Of a stretch of DNA of 63,974 nucleotides, positions 9,326-18,869 are shown one piece after another. The position numbers and the translations under genes are program-made. Origin of the DNA: a virus (taxonomy: Duplodnaviria > Caudoviricetes); IMG/VR virus record IMGVR_UViG_3300016484_000411, positions 1 through 63,974 of that record. One strand, given 5' to 3'. Numbering within the stretch: position 1 is the first letter of the stretch; each line of letters begins with the position of its first letter. The notes beneath the pieces are model-generated. The model ran no database searches. It was not told the DNA's origin and saw nothing but the letters and a program-made list of their open reading frames with translations.

Positions 9326-9709
9326 TTAAAACTTTGCTTGTTTATATATTGTTATCATACTTCTATCACCTTTATCGTTATATTTAGGAGCTCTAGTATC
9401 TCTATCTGAAATAGGTGAATAAAAGGTTTTTGGGGTTTTATTCCAACTAGTTATTTTATCTATTCTAAAAGTTTTCCATCCAGGTTGTTCTGTATCGGTC
9501 ACACCTTGTATTTGGTAAGCTCTAAGTATTAGATTACCTGATTTAGATAATCCCAATACATAAGGTTCTATCCATCTCCAACCTGTAGCTAAAGTATCAT
9601 CGCCTTCATAGTAAATTCTACTAGTCTGATGATTTTCTATTGCAGTCTCAACTTCTTGCCTATTGGCAGCCTCTAAAATAATATTGTTTAATAAAGAGTA
9701 AAGTTTCAT
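9326..9709 (-). CDS. Stand-alone WYL-domain-like protein
   Basis: AIENH...IYY...RWIEPYVL...LILRAY...WKTFRIDKI matches the WYL pattern R.xEPY.L...YL.A...FRLDRI. Confidence 0.7.
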   Translation of the reverse strand: MKLYSLLNNIILEAANRQEVETAIENHQTSRIYYEGDDTLATGWRWIEPYVLGLSKSGNLILRAYQIQGVTDTEQPGWKTFRIDKITSWNKTPKTFYSPISDRDTRAPKYNDKGDRSMITIYKQAKF

Positions 9710-10066
9710 TTACCAGTATTGCTCCCCAAAATTAAAATTATAATATCCAGCAACTGGTTTATATTTATTACCAGAAGAATATAATAAAGTAGTTTTAGTT
9801 ATTTGGTCTATTTTTGTACCAACATTACCGTTAGATTCACCTCTACCATATAAATCACCATCACTTATAGCATTAGGGTGGGATTGGTTGTATCTATTAC
9901 CGTCATTATCTACATATGTATTAAAAGCTGTGTTTTGTTGTCTAACAATATCACCAGTTTGTTTTAATGTAGGTAACTGACCTGTAACACCACCACCATT
10001 AGGGTTTAACTCCTGAACCGCTGCCGCGTCAGTTAATACAGGTGAGATCGATTGTCCATTAGGCAT
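9710..10066 (-). CDS. Hypothetical (possibly virion) protein
   Basis: ORF track; N/G/T-rich. Confidence 0.65.
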   Translation of the reverse strand: MPNGQSISPVLTDAAAVQELNPNGGGVTGQLPTLKQTGDIVRQQNTAFNTYVDNDGNRYNQSHPNAISDGDLYGRGESNGNVGTKIDQITKTTLLYSSGNKYKPVAGYYNFNFGEQYW

Positions 10067-10539
10067 AATTCTCTATTTTTATCAATTGTTGTTATTAGGC
10101 TTTCAAGTAACCTCATATTATAAATACCTTCTTGCCTTAAAATTTTATTTGTATCACTGTCGTGATTATCTATTCTTACATTATTCTTTTCATGTGTGTC
10201 AATAAATTCATTATCCATTCCGACATTTTTCATAGCCTCCTTCTTACCCTTAACATTTTGTCTAGCATGTTCAAGAGTTTTTTCAATCCAAACCTTCATC
10301 ATTGTACCACCATTTAACATGTAAGTTGTTCCTTTGCGTTTACCGTTATAGTTATCAAAAAAATTTTTCATTAATTTTAATTGTTCATAACTAACGGAAT
10401 CTTTTCCAACCAACTCCTCTAGTCTTTGGTATCCTTCAACATTTTTAGCTCCTTTATAAGCTTTAAATATTTTTTCTAAATGAATATTAAGTTTTTCAGG
10501 GAGTTTAAAAGTTTTACCTTGTAATTTTTCATTAGGCAT
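10033..10539 (-). CDS. Hypothetical protein
   Basis: ORF track; overlaps neighbours. Confidence 0.7.
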   Translation of the reverse strand: MPNEKLQGKTFKLPEKLNIHLEKIFKAYKGAKNVEGYQRLEELVGKDSVSYEQLKLMKNFFDNYNGKRKGTTYMLNGGTMMKVWIEKTLEHARQNVKGKKEAMKNVGMDNEFIDTHEKNNVRIDNHDSDTNKILRQEGIYNMRLLESLITTIDKNRELCLMDNRSHLY

Positions 10540-11108
10540 TATCTTATTTTATTTTTAAGTAAATTTTTATATTCAACTGGAATATCAGTTAAATCCATAC
10601 TTAACAAATAGTTCAGTATAATACCTTTTTGTTCACCAGTGGCATTATTTTTTTCAATAAGGTCTTTAATGCCAGTAATTTTTCTAATTAATATAGGATT
10701 TTCTTCTCTTATAGATTCAAGTTCTGGAATACCATTTAATCTTGATTGTGAGTTTTTAAACTTATTTAAAACATCATTATCAAAATTCTTTTTAGTGAAA
10801 ATATCTTCAACTAATTCATCCATCTTATCCCTAGCAGTTTCTTTTATTTTTTTTGTAGCTACTTTAGGGTTTTTTCTATCTTTATCTTTTTTAGGTAGTT
10901 TAGCCTTTTCATTTTTTTCATTAGCCTCACGATTAAATGAACGATACATAAATCTATTCGGGCCTTGTCTTGTAGCTTTAATAAAATCGTCGGTTGTTAC
11001 AGGTGGGGTAGTAGGGGAGGTGGTCATAGAATCATCTTGATCAATTCTATAATCACCCCCTATAGGTGCACCATTACTGTTAACAAATTCTTTAAGTAAA
11101 ATATTCAT
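10539..11108 (-). CDS. Hypothetical protein, first gene of a putative late operon
   Basis: ORF track; TATTTAT motif upstream at 11126-11132. Confidence 0.7.
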   Translation of the reverse strand: MNILLKEFVNSNGAPIGGDYRIDQDDSMTTSPTTPPVTTDDFIKATRQGPNRFMYRSFNREANEKNEKAKLPKKDKDRKNPKVATKKIKETARDKMDELVEDIFTKKNFDNDVLNKFKNSQSRLNGIPELESIREENPILIRKITGIKDLIEKNNATGEQKGIILNYLLSMDLTDIPVEYKNLLKNKIR

Positions 11109-11140
11109 ATTAAAGTCTTTTTAATATAAATATCACCTAT

Positions 11141-14056
11141 TTAAGATAACTTAACTTTATTTTGCATAATACCACCTGTTTTATTACCCAATTTTTGATT
11201 TTTTGAGTCTAGACTTTTTCCATTATCAGAAAGTCTATCGTTAACCATGTAATCTGGTAATACACCCATACGGTCCCAAAATTGTATCTCTTGATCACTC
11301 ATAGTTAATAATTCATCTAAAGTGTCTTGATCCCCTTCTTTAGTAGCGATACCAGATACTAATTCTAATTCACTATTAGTGAAATATTGTTTATCCTCTG
11401 GGTCAGTAATCAATAAACTTTCTCTAACACCCAAATTAAATACGACCAATAAAGGTTCAACTTTTTTATTAAATGCGTCAATATACTTTGGTACATTATA
11501 AGTACCTTTTAAGTTTGGGTTTTTTTCTATGTCTTCAGCTTTAATTAAGTAAGAATTAAAAACTAAAGTTCCTTCAGGTGGGTCATTTTTAGTTTTTTTA
11601 ACTTGTATATCTCCATGAGATTTTTTCGTACCATTATTAACATAAAATATAGTCTCACCTAAATCAGCCTGAACATTTTCTTTTATTAAAAGTTCCATAT
11701 GTGCCTGTCTAGGTAAATCAGCACCATTTTTATTTGTACCCCTATTTAAATACTGTTTAACAGTTTTTTTAACTTTAGATTTATTAGCTATCTCAGCTAA
11801 TGGGATATCCATATTATAAACACGTTCTAAATATTCATAATAATAATCAACAAATCCTTTACCGTCACCATTTAATAACATTCTAACACCATGGTCTAAA
11901 AATGTTTTAATATATTTAGGAATAGTTTTACCCTTTATTGTGTTACCAGTTAATTTAATTTTACCGTTTGGTTTAAGTGTTGCGTAATTTTTACGTGATA
12001 GATTAATTGTTGCTGGCCATACCTCATCAATATCAAGACCCATAGCCTCATGCATAAATCTATCATTATATTCCATAACATCGGCTTCAATACCTTTATA
12101 TTCCTTTCCTTCTTCAACGAATCTATGAAAACCTCTACCAATGTAAGTATGTTTTTCAACATCTTCACCATATGAAAAGTTAACACCATCGGTATCTAAT
12201 ACTAAAGGTTTGTAATTCCTATCAAGGAAAAATCTAATCATATGTCTTAAGTATTGTCTACCTGTACATGTAATAGTTTCACCAATATCAATATCACCCC
12301 AAGGGAAAATATATGGTGCCGAAATAGAACCAAAAGCGGAGTTATTAAAGATTTTAATCGGTAACTGTTTTTTATCAAATTTACCTGCTAACTTATCATT
12401 ACCGTCTTCTTTATATTTGTTAGCTAAATATTTGTATTCATTTCTAGTATCTAACAAGTACTTCAACATGGCTTTTAATGCCCCAGAAACATCTACAGTA
12501 GGGAATACATTATGTGTTAACTGAATAGAAGGATAAAGTGAAGCGTAGTCAAATTTAGCAATATTCCTACTATACCCCAAACTTAATAATCTAGATAATC
12601 CACCAGTAAAATCTCTTTTTGGTTGTATACCTGGTAACGCTAAATTATTCTCATATGACCATGCCATCATCAATGTCTTCCACATTGTAGCAGTACCCAT
12701 GGCAATAGATTTAATAAAGTTTGTTGGTACTAAAGCTGATGTTAGGAAACCTGCCTGTGCGTAAATATCATCTACTAATTCAGTTTCCAAAAGGTCATCA
12801 TTTAGATATTCCTTAATTAAAAATTGCCCATCAACGACTTCCCATTTATCCTCATAACCATTAATTTCTTTTGGTTTAGGTTTTTCACCGTCTAATTTAT
12901 ACCATTGGCCACTTGTAGGATTATAATAATAAGAATTATTTTCTTTCCATATTTTACCTAATTGATTACCATCAATATAGACACGGTTTGGTCTTTCTAC
13001 CTTAGCTTCTTTAGCAATATACTTCAATGTACCACTTTCTAATCCTGAGTTCAAAGCCATTGCCTGTCTAACTCTATGATAAGTATCCATTACATTATAT
13101 CCCCATAAATGTGTTTGCTGGTAATCCTCAACTTCCGCACCTAATTTTAATGTAGCATCACTTCTTTTAAGTTTAATTAATGGGTGTTTTGTTTTAACAA
13201 TGTTATCAGTATTTAACCCTAAAAGTTGTGCTCTACCAGGTATTAATGTTTTCTCTGTTTTTTTAGTTTTAGGGTGTTTATATTCAACCCATTTACCAAT
13301 AAGATATGTCCAGTCAAAGTTTTCAGAGTTATAACCAATAATAATGGTTGGTTGTAACTCATGTATGATATCAAAAAACTCTTTAATCATTTTTCTTTCA
13401 CCAGCTTCAGTGTATTCGCCTTCCTCATCATAAGCTGTTAAAAGTTTTTTAAAACCACGATTATCTTTGATACCAATCATAAAGGCGTGTCCCTCAGATG
13501 GATCAAGACTCGTGGTCTCAATATCGAATGTTAATTTATGTACCTCAGTATAATCTTCAAAACCTTTAAATAATCTTTTACCTGTTTGAATCATGAATTG
13601 TTCTACAGGTGGTAATATCTCAATTAATTTACGGTCACGGTCCCAAGGATTTATACCACCTTTTCTAAAAAAGTTTACCAAATCTCTATAAGTACCACTA
13701 GTTTTAACAATAAATTTAAAACCATCTTCAAGACGTTCATTATCCCCAGTTTTAAGTTTCTCAGTGTAAATACCGTATTTTTTTGCCTCTCTTTTAATTA
13801 AGTCCATATCATCACCATAGAAACCACTGCCTCTTAATGATTTGGTCCAACAAAATGGTGTGAATTTTTGGGTTTTTATTTTCTTACCCTTTTCAGGGTC
13901 GTCTATAATCATATAGACTCTATTTGTTTCGTCTATAGACCAGTCGTCTGTTTGGTCTAGTTCGATTGACACTATATATTTTTCTGGGTCATGCCCTTCT
14001 AAAAATTTTTTAATGTCTTCAGGTGTTGCCTGGTTAATCACATCTTTTTTACTCAT
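11141..14056 (-). CDS. polB: Family B DNA polymerase with 3'-5' exonuclease
   Basis: Exonuclease motifs FDIET, GYNSENFD, YLNDD; polymerase motifs DYASLYPS, KIFNNSAFG, LDTDG, KNYA. Confidence 0.95.
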   Translation of the reverse strand: MSKKDVINQATPEDIKKFLEGHDPEKYIVSIELDQTDDWSIDETNRVYMIIDDPEKGKKIKTQKFTPFCWTKSLRGSGFYGDDMDLIKREAKKYGIYTEKLKTGDNERLEDGFKFIVKTSGTYRDLVNFFRKGGINPWDRDRKLIEILPPVEQFMIQTGKRLFKGFEDYTEVHKLTFDIETTSLDPSEGHAFMIGIKDNRGFKKLLTAYDEEGEYTEAGERKMIKEFFDIIHELQPTIIIGYNSENFDWTYLIGKWVEYKHPKTKKTEKTLIPGRAQLLGLNTDNIVKTKHPLIKLKRSDATLKLGAEVEDYQQTHLWGYNVMDTYHRVRQAMALNSGLESGTLKYIAKEAKVERPNRVYIDGNQLGKIWKENNSYYYNPTSGQWYKLDGEKPKPKEINGYEDKWEVVDGQFLIKEYLNDDLLETELVDDIYAQAGFLTSALVPTNFIKSIAMGTATMWKTLMMAWSYENNLALPGIQPKRDFTGGLSRLLSLGYSRNIAKFDYASLYPSIQLTHNVFPTVDVSGALKAMLKYLLDTRNEYKYLANKYKEDGNDKLAGKFDKKQLPIKIFNNSAFGSISAPYIFPWGDIDIGETITCTGRQYLRHMIRFFLDRNYKPLVLDTDGVNFSYGEDVEKHTYIGRGFHRFVEEGKEYKGIEADVMEYNDRFMHEAMGLDIDEVWPATINLSRKNYATLKPNGKIKLTGNTIKGKTIPKYIKTFLDHGVRMLLNGDGKGFVDYYYEYLERVYNMDIPLAEIANKSKVKKTVKQYLNRGTNKNGADLPRQAHMELLIKENVQADLGETIFYVNNGTKKSHGDIQVKKTKNDPPEGTLVFNSYLIKAEDIEKNPNLKGTYNVPKYIDAFNKKVEPLLVVFNLGVRESLLITDPEDKQYFTNSELELVSGIATKEGDQDTLDELLTMSDQEIQFWDRMGVLPDYMVNDRLSDNGKSLDSKNQKLGNKTGGIMQNKVKLS

Positions 14057-14122
14057 AATATTTAGATTTTTTGGACGGGTTAATCTTTAACCTCTCGTTA
14101 TTACTTTTTAAAAATTAGACAT

Positions 14123-14156
14123 AAAAAAACACATCGTAAATAGTGATGTGTCTTTT
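14123..14156 (-). terminator. Intrinsic terminator ending the structural operon upstream of polB
   Basis: ACACATC/GATGTGT stem (14129-14151) flanked by A and T runs. Confidence 0.55.
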
Positions 14157-14181
14157 TATTATTCTTAAAAATATTTTTTAC

Positions 14182-14571
14182 TTAACAAACAATTTTTGTA
14201 TTAACAAAACTATCAGCAATGTTTATAAATAAATCCTCATAGATAGGTATAACAAGTGATGTACCATCATCTAGAAAATCTATTTTAAATTCACCTTTGA
14301 ATGTTCCAGCCATATTAGTTTCATTTTTACTAAATTTATAACCAATATAATATTCTGTTTCACCACAAGTTTCATCTAATACGGGTATTATTAATGCCTG
14401 TTTATTAAACACTTTATACCTATTACTCTCAATATTCATCATACTAAAAGTGATGGCAGCGTTTTCAAGATTATTAAAAATCTTTTTATAATCATTACGA
14501 CCATCATTTATTACCTTCATTTGTAAAATAGGTAATTCAGAATTTTTCTTTATAAAGAAGTGTTGTGCCAA
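14182..14571 (-). CDS. Putative virion protein (BppU/baseplate upper-like fold), TTG start
   Basis: IKKNSELP.L, IGYKF...T..AGTFKGEFKI.F pattern. Confidence 0.45.
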   Translation of the reverse strand: MAQHFFIKKNSELPILQMKVINDGRNDYKKIFNNLENAAITFSMMNIESNRYKVFNKQALIIPVLDETCGETEYYIGYKFSKNETNMAGTFKGEFKIDFLDDGTSLVIPIYEDLFINIADSFVNTKIVC

Positions 14572-14622
14572 AATTATTTAATTAAATTTATATTATTGGT
14601 TTCATTTTTGGTGGTTACCCCA

Positions 14623-15003
14623 TTATCCAATAACAGCATCCCAATTTGATTTTAAATTAGTTAAACTGTCTATAACAGTTTGGTTTTTTGAAAAGTTATT
14701 TACTTCCTCTTGAAAAGTATTTGTTGTAGCGATTGTAACAGTAGTTGATGCCATTGTTTTAGCACCACCCCTATCACTAACACTAACTATTAAATCAAAA
14801 GTTATATTATCTGGTATAACTAGTACGGTTTTACCTTTTATAATTTCTTGTGATAAGTATACCCCTTCAGGTTGGCCATTAAGTTCATAATTAGGTGCCT
14901 TTATGTTGGTTGTTATTACATCATTTAAAGTGTAATATAATACTGACCCCACATTCTTTGAAGAATATATTTTTGTATTAAAATTTGCTGTATAATCTGC
15001 CAT
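14623..15003 (-). CDS. Hypothetical protein
   Basis: ORF track. Confidence 0.65.
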   Translation of the reverse strand: MADYTANFNTKIYSSKNVGSVLYYTLNDVITTNIKAPNYELNGQPEGVYLSQEIIKGKTVLVIPDNITFDLIVSVSDRGGAKTMASTTVTIATTNTFQEEVNNFSKNQTVIDSLTNLKSNWDAVIG

Positions 15004-15025
15004 TTTTTTTTAATTTTATTTATTA

Positions 15026-18000
15026 TTATAAATCTATATCTTTGATATTTAACACGTCTGAGTTATCATAGTAAGATAGTCTAAACGTACCATCTTGTCT
15101 TGAAAAAATCTCACTAGTATAATATTCGTAAACTGATGGTGAAACTACTGTATTAACTGTAACTAAAACATCATCTACACCATCAACACCACCTATCTGA
15201 CTACCTGTAACTGTTAATATTTCAGTAGCTAAATAATATTGACCAACATTATTTACCGTAACACTAGTTACGACACCACCAAATACCACGATATCTAATG
15301 TTGCATTTACACCACCATAATTACTAGTAGTTGTTAAATTAAGGTAAGTACCATCAACCCCACCATTAGAACCAGTTAAAGTATATGTTAAAATATTACC
15401 TCTATATTGATCAAAATCAATTGATGAAATTGGTGTTTTAACATTATTGCTAACAAATCCAACACCAACAGTATTATCATAAAATTGTGATAACATATAA
15501 TTACCATCAAATCCTTTATCAATGGTATTACCACCAGCTAATGATGTACCGTCATTACCAAAATAGTTACCAATAAAATTATTATTAAATTGTGTCCCTA
15601 TAGTTGAACTAACACCGGCATTACCAAAGTAATCACCTATTTGGTTATTAGTGAAATCGGCATTAATTATGTTAAATCCAGCGTAGTTACCAATTTTATT
15701 ACTTAAAAAGTTATTACCCATCACAAAACCAAATCCACCAACACCAGTATTACCAACAAATAGGTTACCTAATGTATTGTGTTTTGAATCAATACCGAAA
15801 GCGTTAAACCAAAAATCGTTACCTATAGTATTATTGGTAAATTGTGAGTCTATTAAGTTAAATATTACATTATCACCGAAAACATTATATTGACACCCAT
15901 CATTAATAACATTACCACCGTCACCATATGTTCCTGCACCTATGGACGGATAATTAGCATCATTACCAAAGAAGTTACCTATTTTATTGTATTTAAAATC
16001 GTTACCAATAAAGTTTTGTACTGGCGTACCTGGCCCATTAACATTATTACCAAAATAATCACCTATATTATTACTTTCGAAATTATCAAGAATAATGTTA
16101 CTAATAAAGTAATTTTTAATTTGATTATTTTCAAAATTATCACCTATAGTGTTATTTTGAAAATTGTTACCTATCACATTGTTGTATGCAACACTACCAA
16201 TCTGATTATATTGGAATCTGTCACCAATTGTATTACCCTCAGATATTCCACCACCAGTACCAAAATAATTACCAATGGTATTATTTTGAAAATCATTAGC
16301 AATTTTATTATTCCCAAAGTACTCACCATTATTAGGTTCAGTAAAGATTGAATTCCATTCAGTATCTGATGGTGAACCACCAGAGTTCCAAGACCCTTCA
16401 ACGGCAATATTATAAATACCTTGATTACTACCTCTAGTTATTTCTAAAACACCAGGTATTATAACATCAATCTCAGAACCATAATTTCTTTTTGTAAATA
16501 TAACCTCTTCACCTATTGGATTACCAGAAGTATCAATTTCAGTTCTTCTATATTGAAATCCACCACCATTACCACCTTGAGACCATTGTGTAAATTTAAA
16601 CTTAAAATATTGAGAGGTTGATATAACTCTCATAACTAATTCAGTATCTAAAATATTATTACCAAGACCACCTTCTAATGAATTATAAAAAGTATCATAA
16701 GATCTAACTGAGACAGTAGTTAGATCAACCCAACCAAACAAATCGATATTTGTTGGTGAATTTGAACTAAAATTCAAACCTATTTTATTATTTTGGGAAT
16801 AATTAGAGATTTTATTATTATTAAATCCATTATCAATATCATTATTAACAAAATAAAAACCTACTGTGTTGTAATTAAATGAATTGTTTATATTATTATC
16901 TGTGAAATTATAAGAAATTCTATTATTAACAAAATTACTACCAATATTGTTTCTATAAAAATTACCACTAATAGTGTTGTCAGTAGTATAATTAGCAATG
17001 ACGTTATATGAGAAATCTTGTCTAATATAATTACTTTTAAATAAATCACCAAGGTTATTAGTATAAAAACCGAAGTCAGTTAAATTACCATAATCACCTA
17101 TGTAATTATACTCAAAATAATTACCGATTTTATTATCTTGAAAATATGAGTATATAATGTTATTACCAAACCCATCCCCAATAATATTACCACTAAAATC
17201 ATCATTGTTTTCGGCTAATAATTTATTATTTATAAAATCATTGCCAATTTGATTTCTATCTAAATTAACGTTAATTAAATTATTACTAAAATAATTACCA
17301 AAAGTACATCTATCAATATCATTTGTAGATACGTTTCCATAACAGTAATCACCCCAAACGTTGTTTTGGTTATCAGTACCCCAAGTATTATTAAAAGAAT
17401 AATCACCAAATTTATTACTTTCGTATTGCCCTTCTAAAAACACATTGTTCGCTAACAAGAACACACCACTCGCAATATTTGTATAATTATTTGCGTAATT
17501 ACCTACATAATTATTTTTTGCGTAACTATCTAAAAAGGCATTCCCAAAGGTTGTATATTCTATATAATCGTTTGTTTTAACATTTGTTCTTTTATAACTA
17601 AAATATCCACTTAAATCATTTGTTTCTTCTATTGTACGATAAAAATTCGCACCAGTACCAGTTGAGCCTATTGTATCACCTGAAACTGACATTAATATGT
17701 CACTAGAAATATTAACTACTTCATAATAACTAGGATTAGCATTAGGTATATAAATCACATCACCAACTGTTAAACCAGTGAAAGAAGTATTGGTACCATT
17801 TATAGTACCGTCATTTAATAATTCAATAGTACCATTTAATCTTAATTCTTCCCTATATGTAAATAATTTATATCTTTTAAATAAAATGTTTCTGTGGTCG
17901 TAATCAGTTCTATTGTTATACTCATCAATTCTTTCAGTGATTCTACCGAAAGCTTGACCACCTGTAACCTCAGTTAAATTCCATGTCCAATCATATGTAA

Positions 18001-18442
18001 TTTTATCATTAGGATAAGTTGGTTGATAAGTATTACTACTAATAGTTTCATTACTTGTAGCAAAAACTAAAATAGGTTCAACAGGTCCTTGTTTATAATT
18101 ACCAGTGACACCTGTATTAATAATAGGATTACCATCATAATCAAAATCTGGTTGATCATAACAAGTTCTGAAATCATTAATTAAATAATAACTACCTAAT
18201 GTTAATCCAGAAGTAGTAATTAAACTAGTTAAACCTGAATATGTTACAGATTCTACAGTTATAGAACCAGATCCAGAACCTATGTTAATAGTTGTGCCAC
18301 TAGAATTTAATTGACTAAATAGCCCAGATTCAGAATCAACACCAATATAATACGTATTATTTTGTGGTGTAATCCCACTAAAAGGTATACCGTTAACTAA
18401 TTGAGTTTCTAAACCATTATTTCTTAAAATTAATTTACCCAT
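15026..18442 (-). CDS. Fibre/spike-like protein with Asn-rich beta-solenoid repeats
   Basis: Dozens of ~9-aa N.IGN.F.. repeats in two blocks; located in the fibre cluster. Confidence 0.7.
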   Translation of the reverse strand: MGKLILRNNGLETQLVNGIPFSGITPQNNTYYIGVDSESGLFSQLNSSGTTINIGSGSGSITVESVTYSGLTSLITTSGLTLGSYYLINDFRTCYDQPDFDYDGNPIINTGVTGNYKQGPVEPILVFATSNETISSNTYQPTYPNDKITYDWTWNLTEVTGGQAFGRITERIDEYNNRTDYDHRNILFKRYKLFTYREELRLNGTIELLNDGTINGTNTSFTGLTVGDVIYIPNANPSYYEVVNISSDILMSVSGDTIGSTGTGANFYRTIEETNDLSGYFSYKRTNVKTNDYIEYTTFGNAFLDSYAKNNYVGNYANNYTNIASGVFLLANNVFLEGQYESNKFGDYSFNNTWGTDNQNNVWGDYCYGNVSTNDIDRCTFGNYFSNNLINVNLDRNQIGNDFINNKLLAENNDDFSGNIIGDGFGNNIIYSYFQDNKIGNYFEYNYIGDYGNLTDFGFYTNNLGDLFKSNYIRQDFSYNVIANYTTDNTISGNFYRNNIGSNFVNNRISYNFTDNNINNSFNYNTVGFYFVNNDIDNGFNNNKISNYSQNNKIGLNFSSNSPTNIDLFGWVDLTTVSVRSYDTFYNSLEGGLGNNILDTELVMRVISTSQYFKFKFTQWSQGGNGGGFQYRRTEIDTSGNPIGEEVIFTKRNYGSEIDVIIPGVLEITRGSNQGIYNIAVEGSWNSGGSPSDTEWNSIFTEPNNGEYFGNNKIANDFQNNTIGNYFGTGGGISEGNTIGDRFQYNQIGSVAYNNVIGNNFQNNTIGDNFENNQIKNYFISNIILDNFESNNIGDYFGNNVNGPGTPVQNFIGNDFKYNKIGNFFGNDANYPSIGAGTYGDGGNVINDGCQYNVFGDNVIFNLIDSQFTNNTIGNDFWFNAFGIDSKHNTLGNLFVGNTGVGGFGFVMGNNFLSNKIGNYAGFNIINADFTNNQIGDYFGNAGVSSTIGTQFNNNFIGNYFGNDGTSLAGGNTIDKGFDGNYMLSQFYDNTVGVGFVSNNVKTPISSIDFDQYRGNILTYTLTGSNGGVDGTYLNLTTTSNYGGVNATLDIVVFGGVVTSVTVNNVGQYYLATEILTVTGSQIGGVDGVDDVLVTVNTVVSPSVYEYYTSEIFSRQDGTFRLSYYDNSDVLNIKDIDL

Positions 18443-18526
18443 TTTTCTTTTTATTTATAAATATCTTATCATTCATGATTGAACATATTTTTTTATACTT
18501 TTACTAATATTGATTATTACAACTAA

Positions 18527-18856
18527 TTATAGGTTTGAGTAGTTAATAATATATTGTACAAAATTAGTTATAGTGTCTTGTTGTGATTTTGGTAAAAGTT
18601 CATAATCTAATACTATAAACTCACTATCTGTCGTTTCGTTAATAACAATATTAGCCTCAAAAATCGTGTCTATTAAATAGTTATCTACATTAACACAAGC
18701 ATGCTTACCTAGAACATTTATAAATTCTGAAATTATTGTTTTATTGTCCTCTGATTGTTCAGTTATATTAATAAAGTAATGTGAATTACCTACAACACCC
18801 ATTATAATGTTGGTGTCAGCTGGTAAACTTGATGAAATTGAATTGTATAGTGTCAT
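18527..18856 (-). CDS. Hypothetical protein (possible fibre accessory)
   Basis: ORF track; directly follows a fibre gene. Confidence 0.6.
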   Translation of the reverse strand: MTLYNSISSSLPADTNIIMGVVGNSHYFINITEQSEDNKTIISEFINVLGKHACVNVDNYLIDTIFEANIVINETTDSEFIVLDYELLPKSQQDTITNFVQYIINYSNL

Positions 18857-18869
18857 ATTATATTATAAT

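Noticed and set aside
11141-14056. Intein or intron in the DNA polymerase
   Set aside because: Motifs are contiguous, with no C...HN splice signature or LAGLIDADG block.
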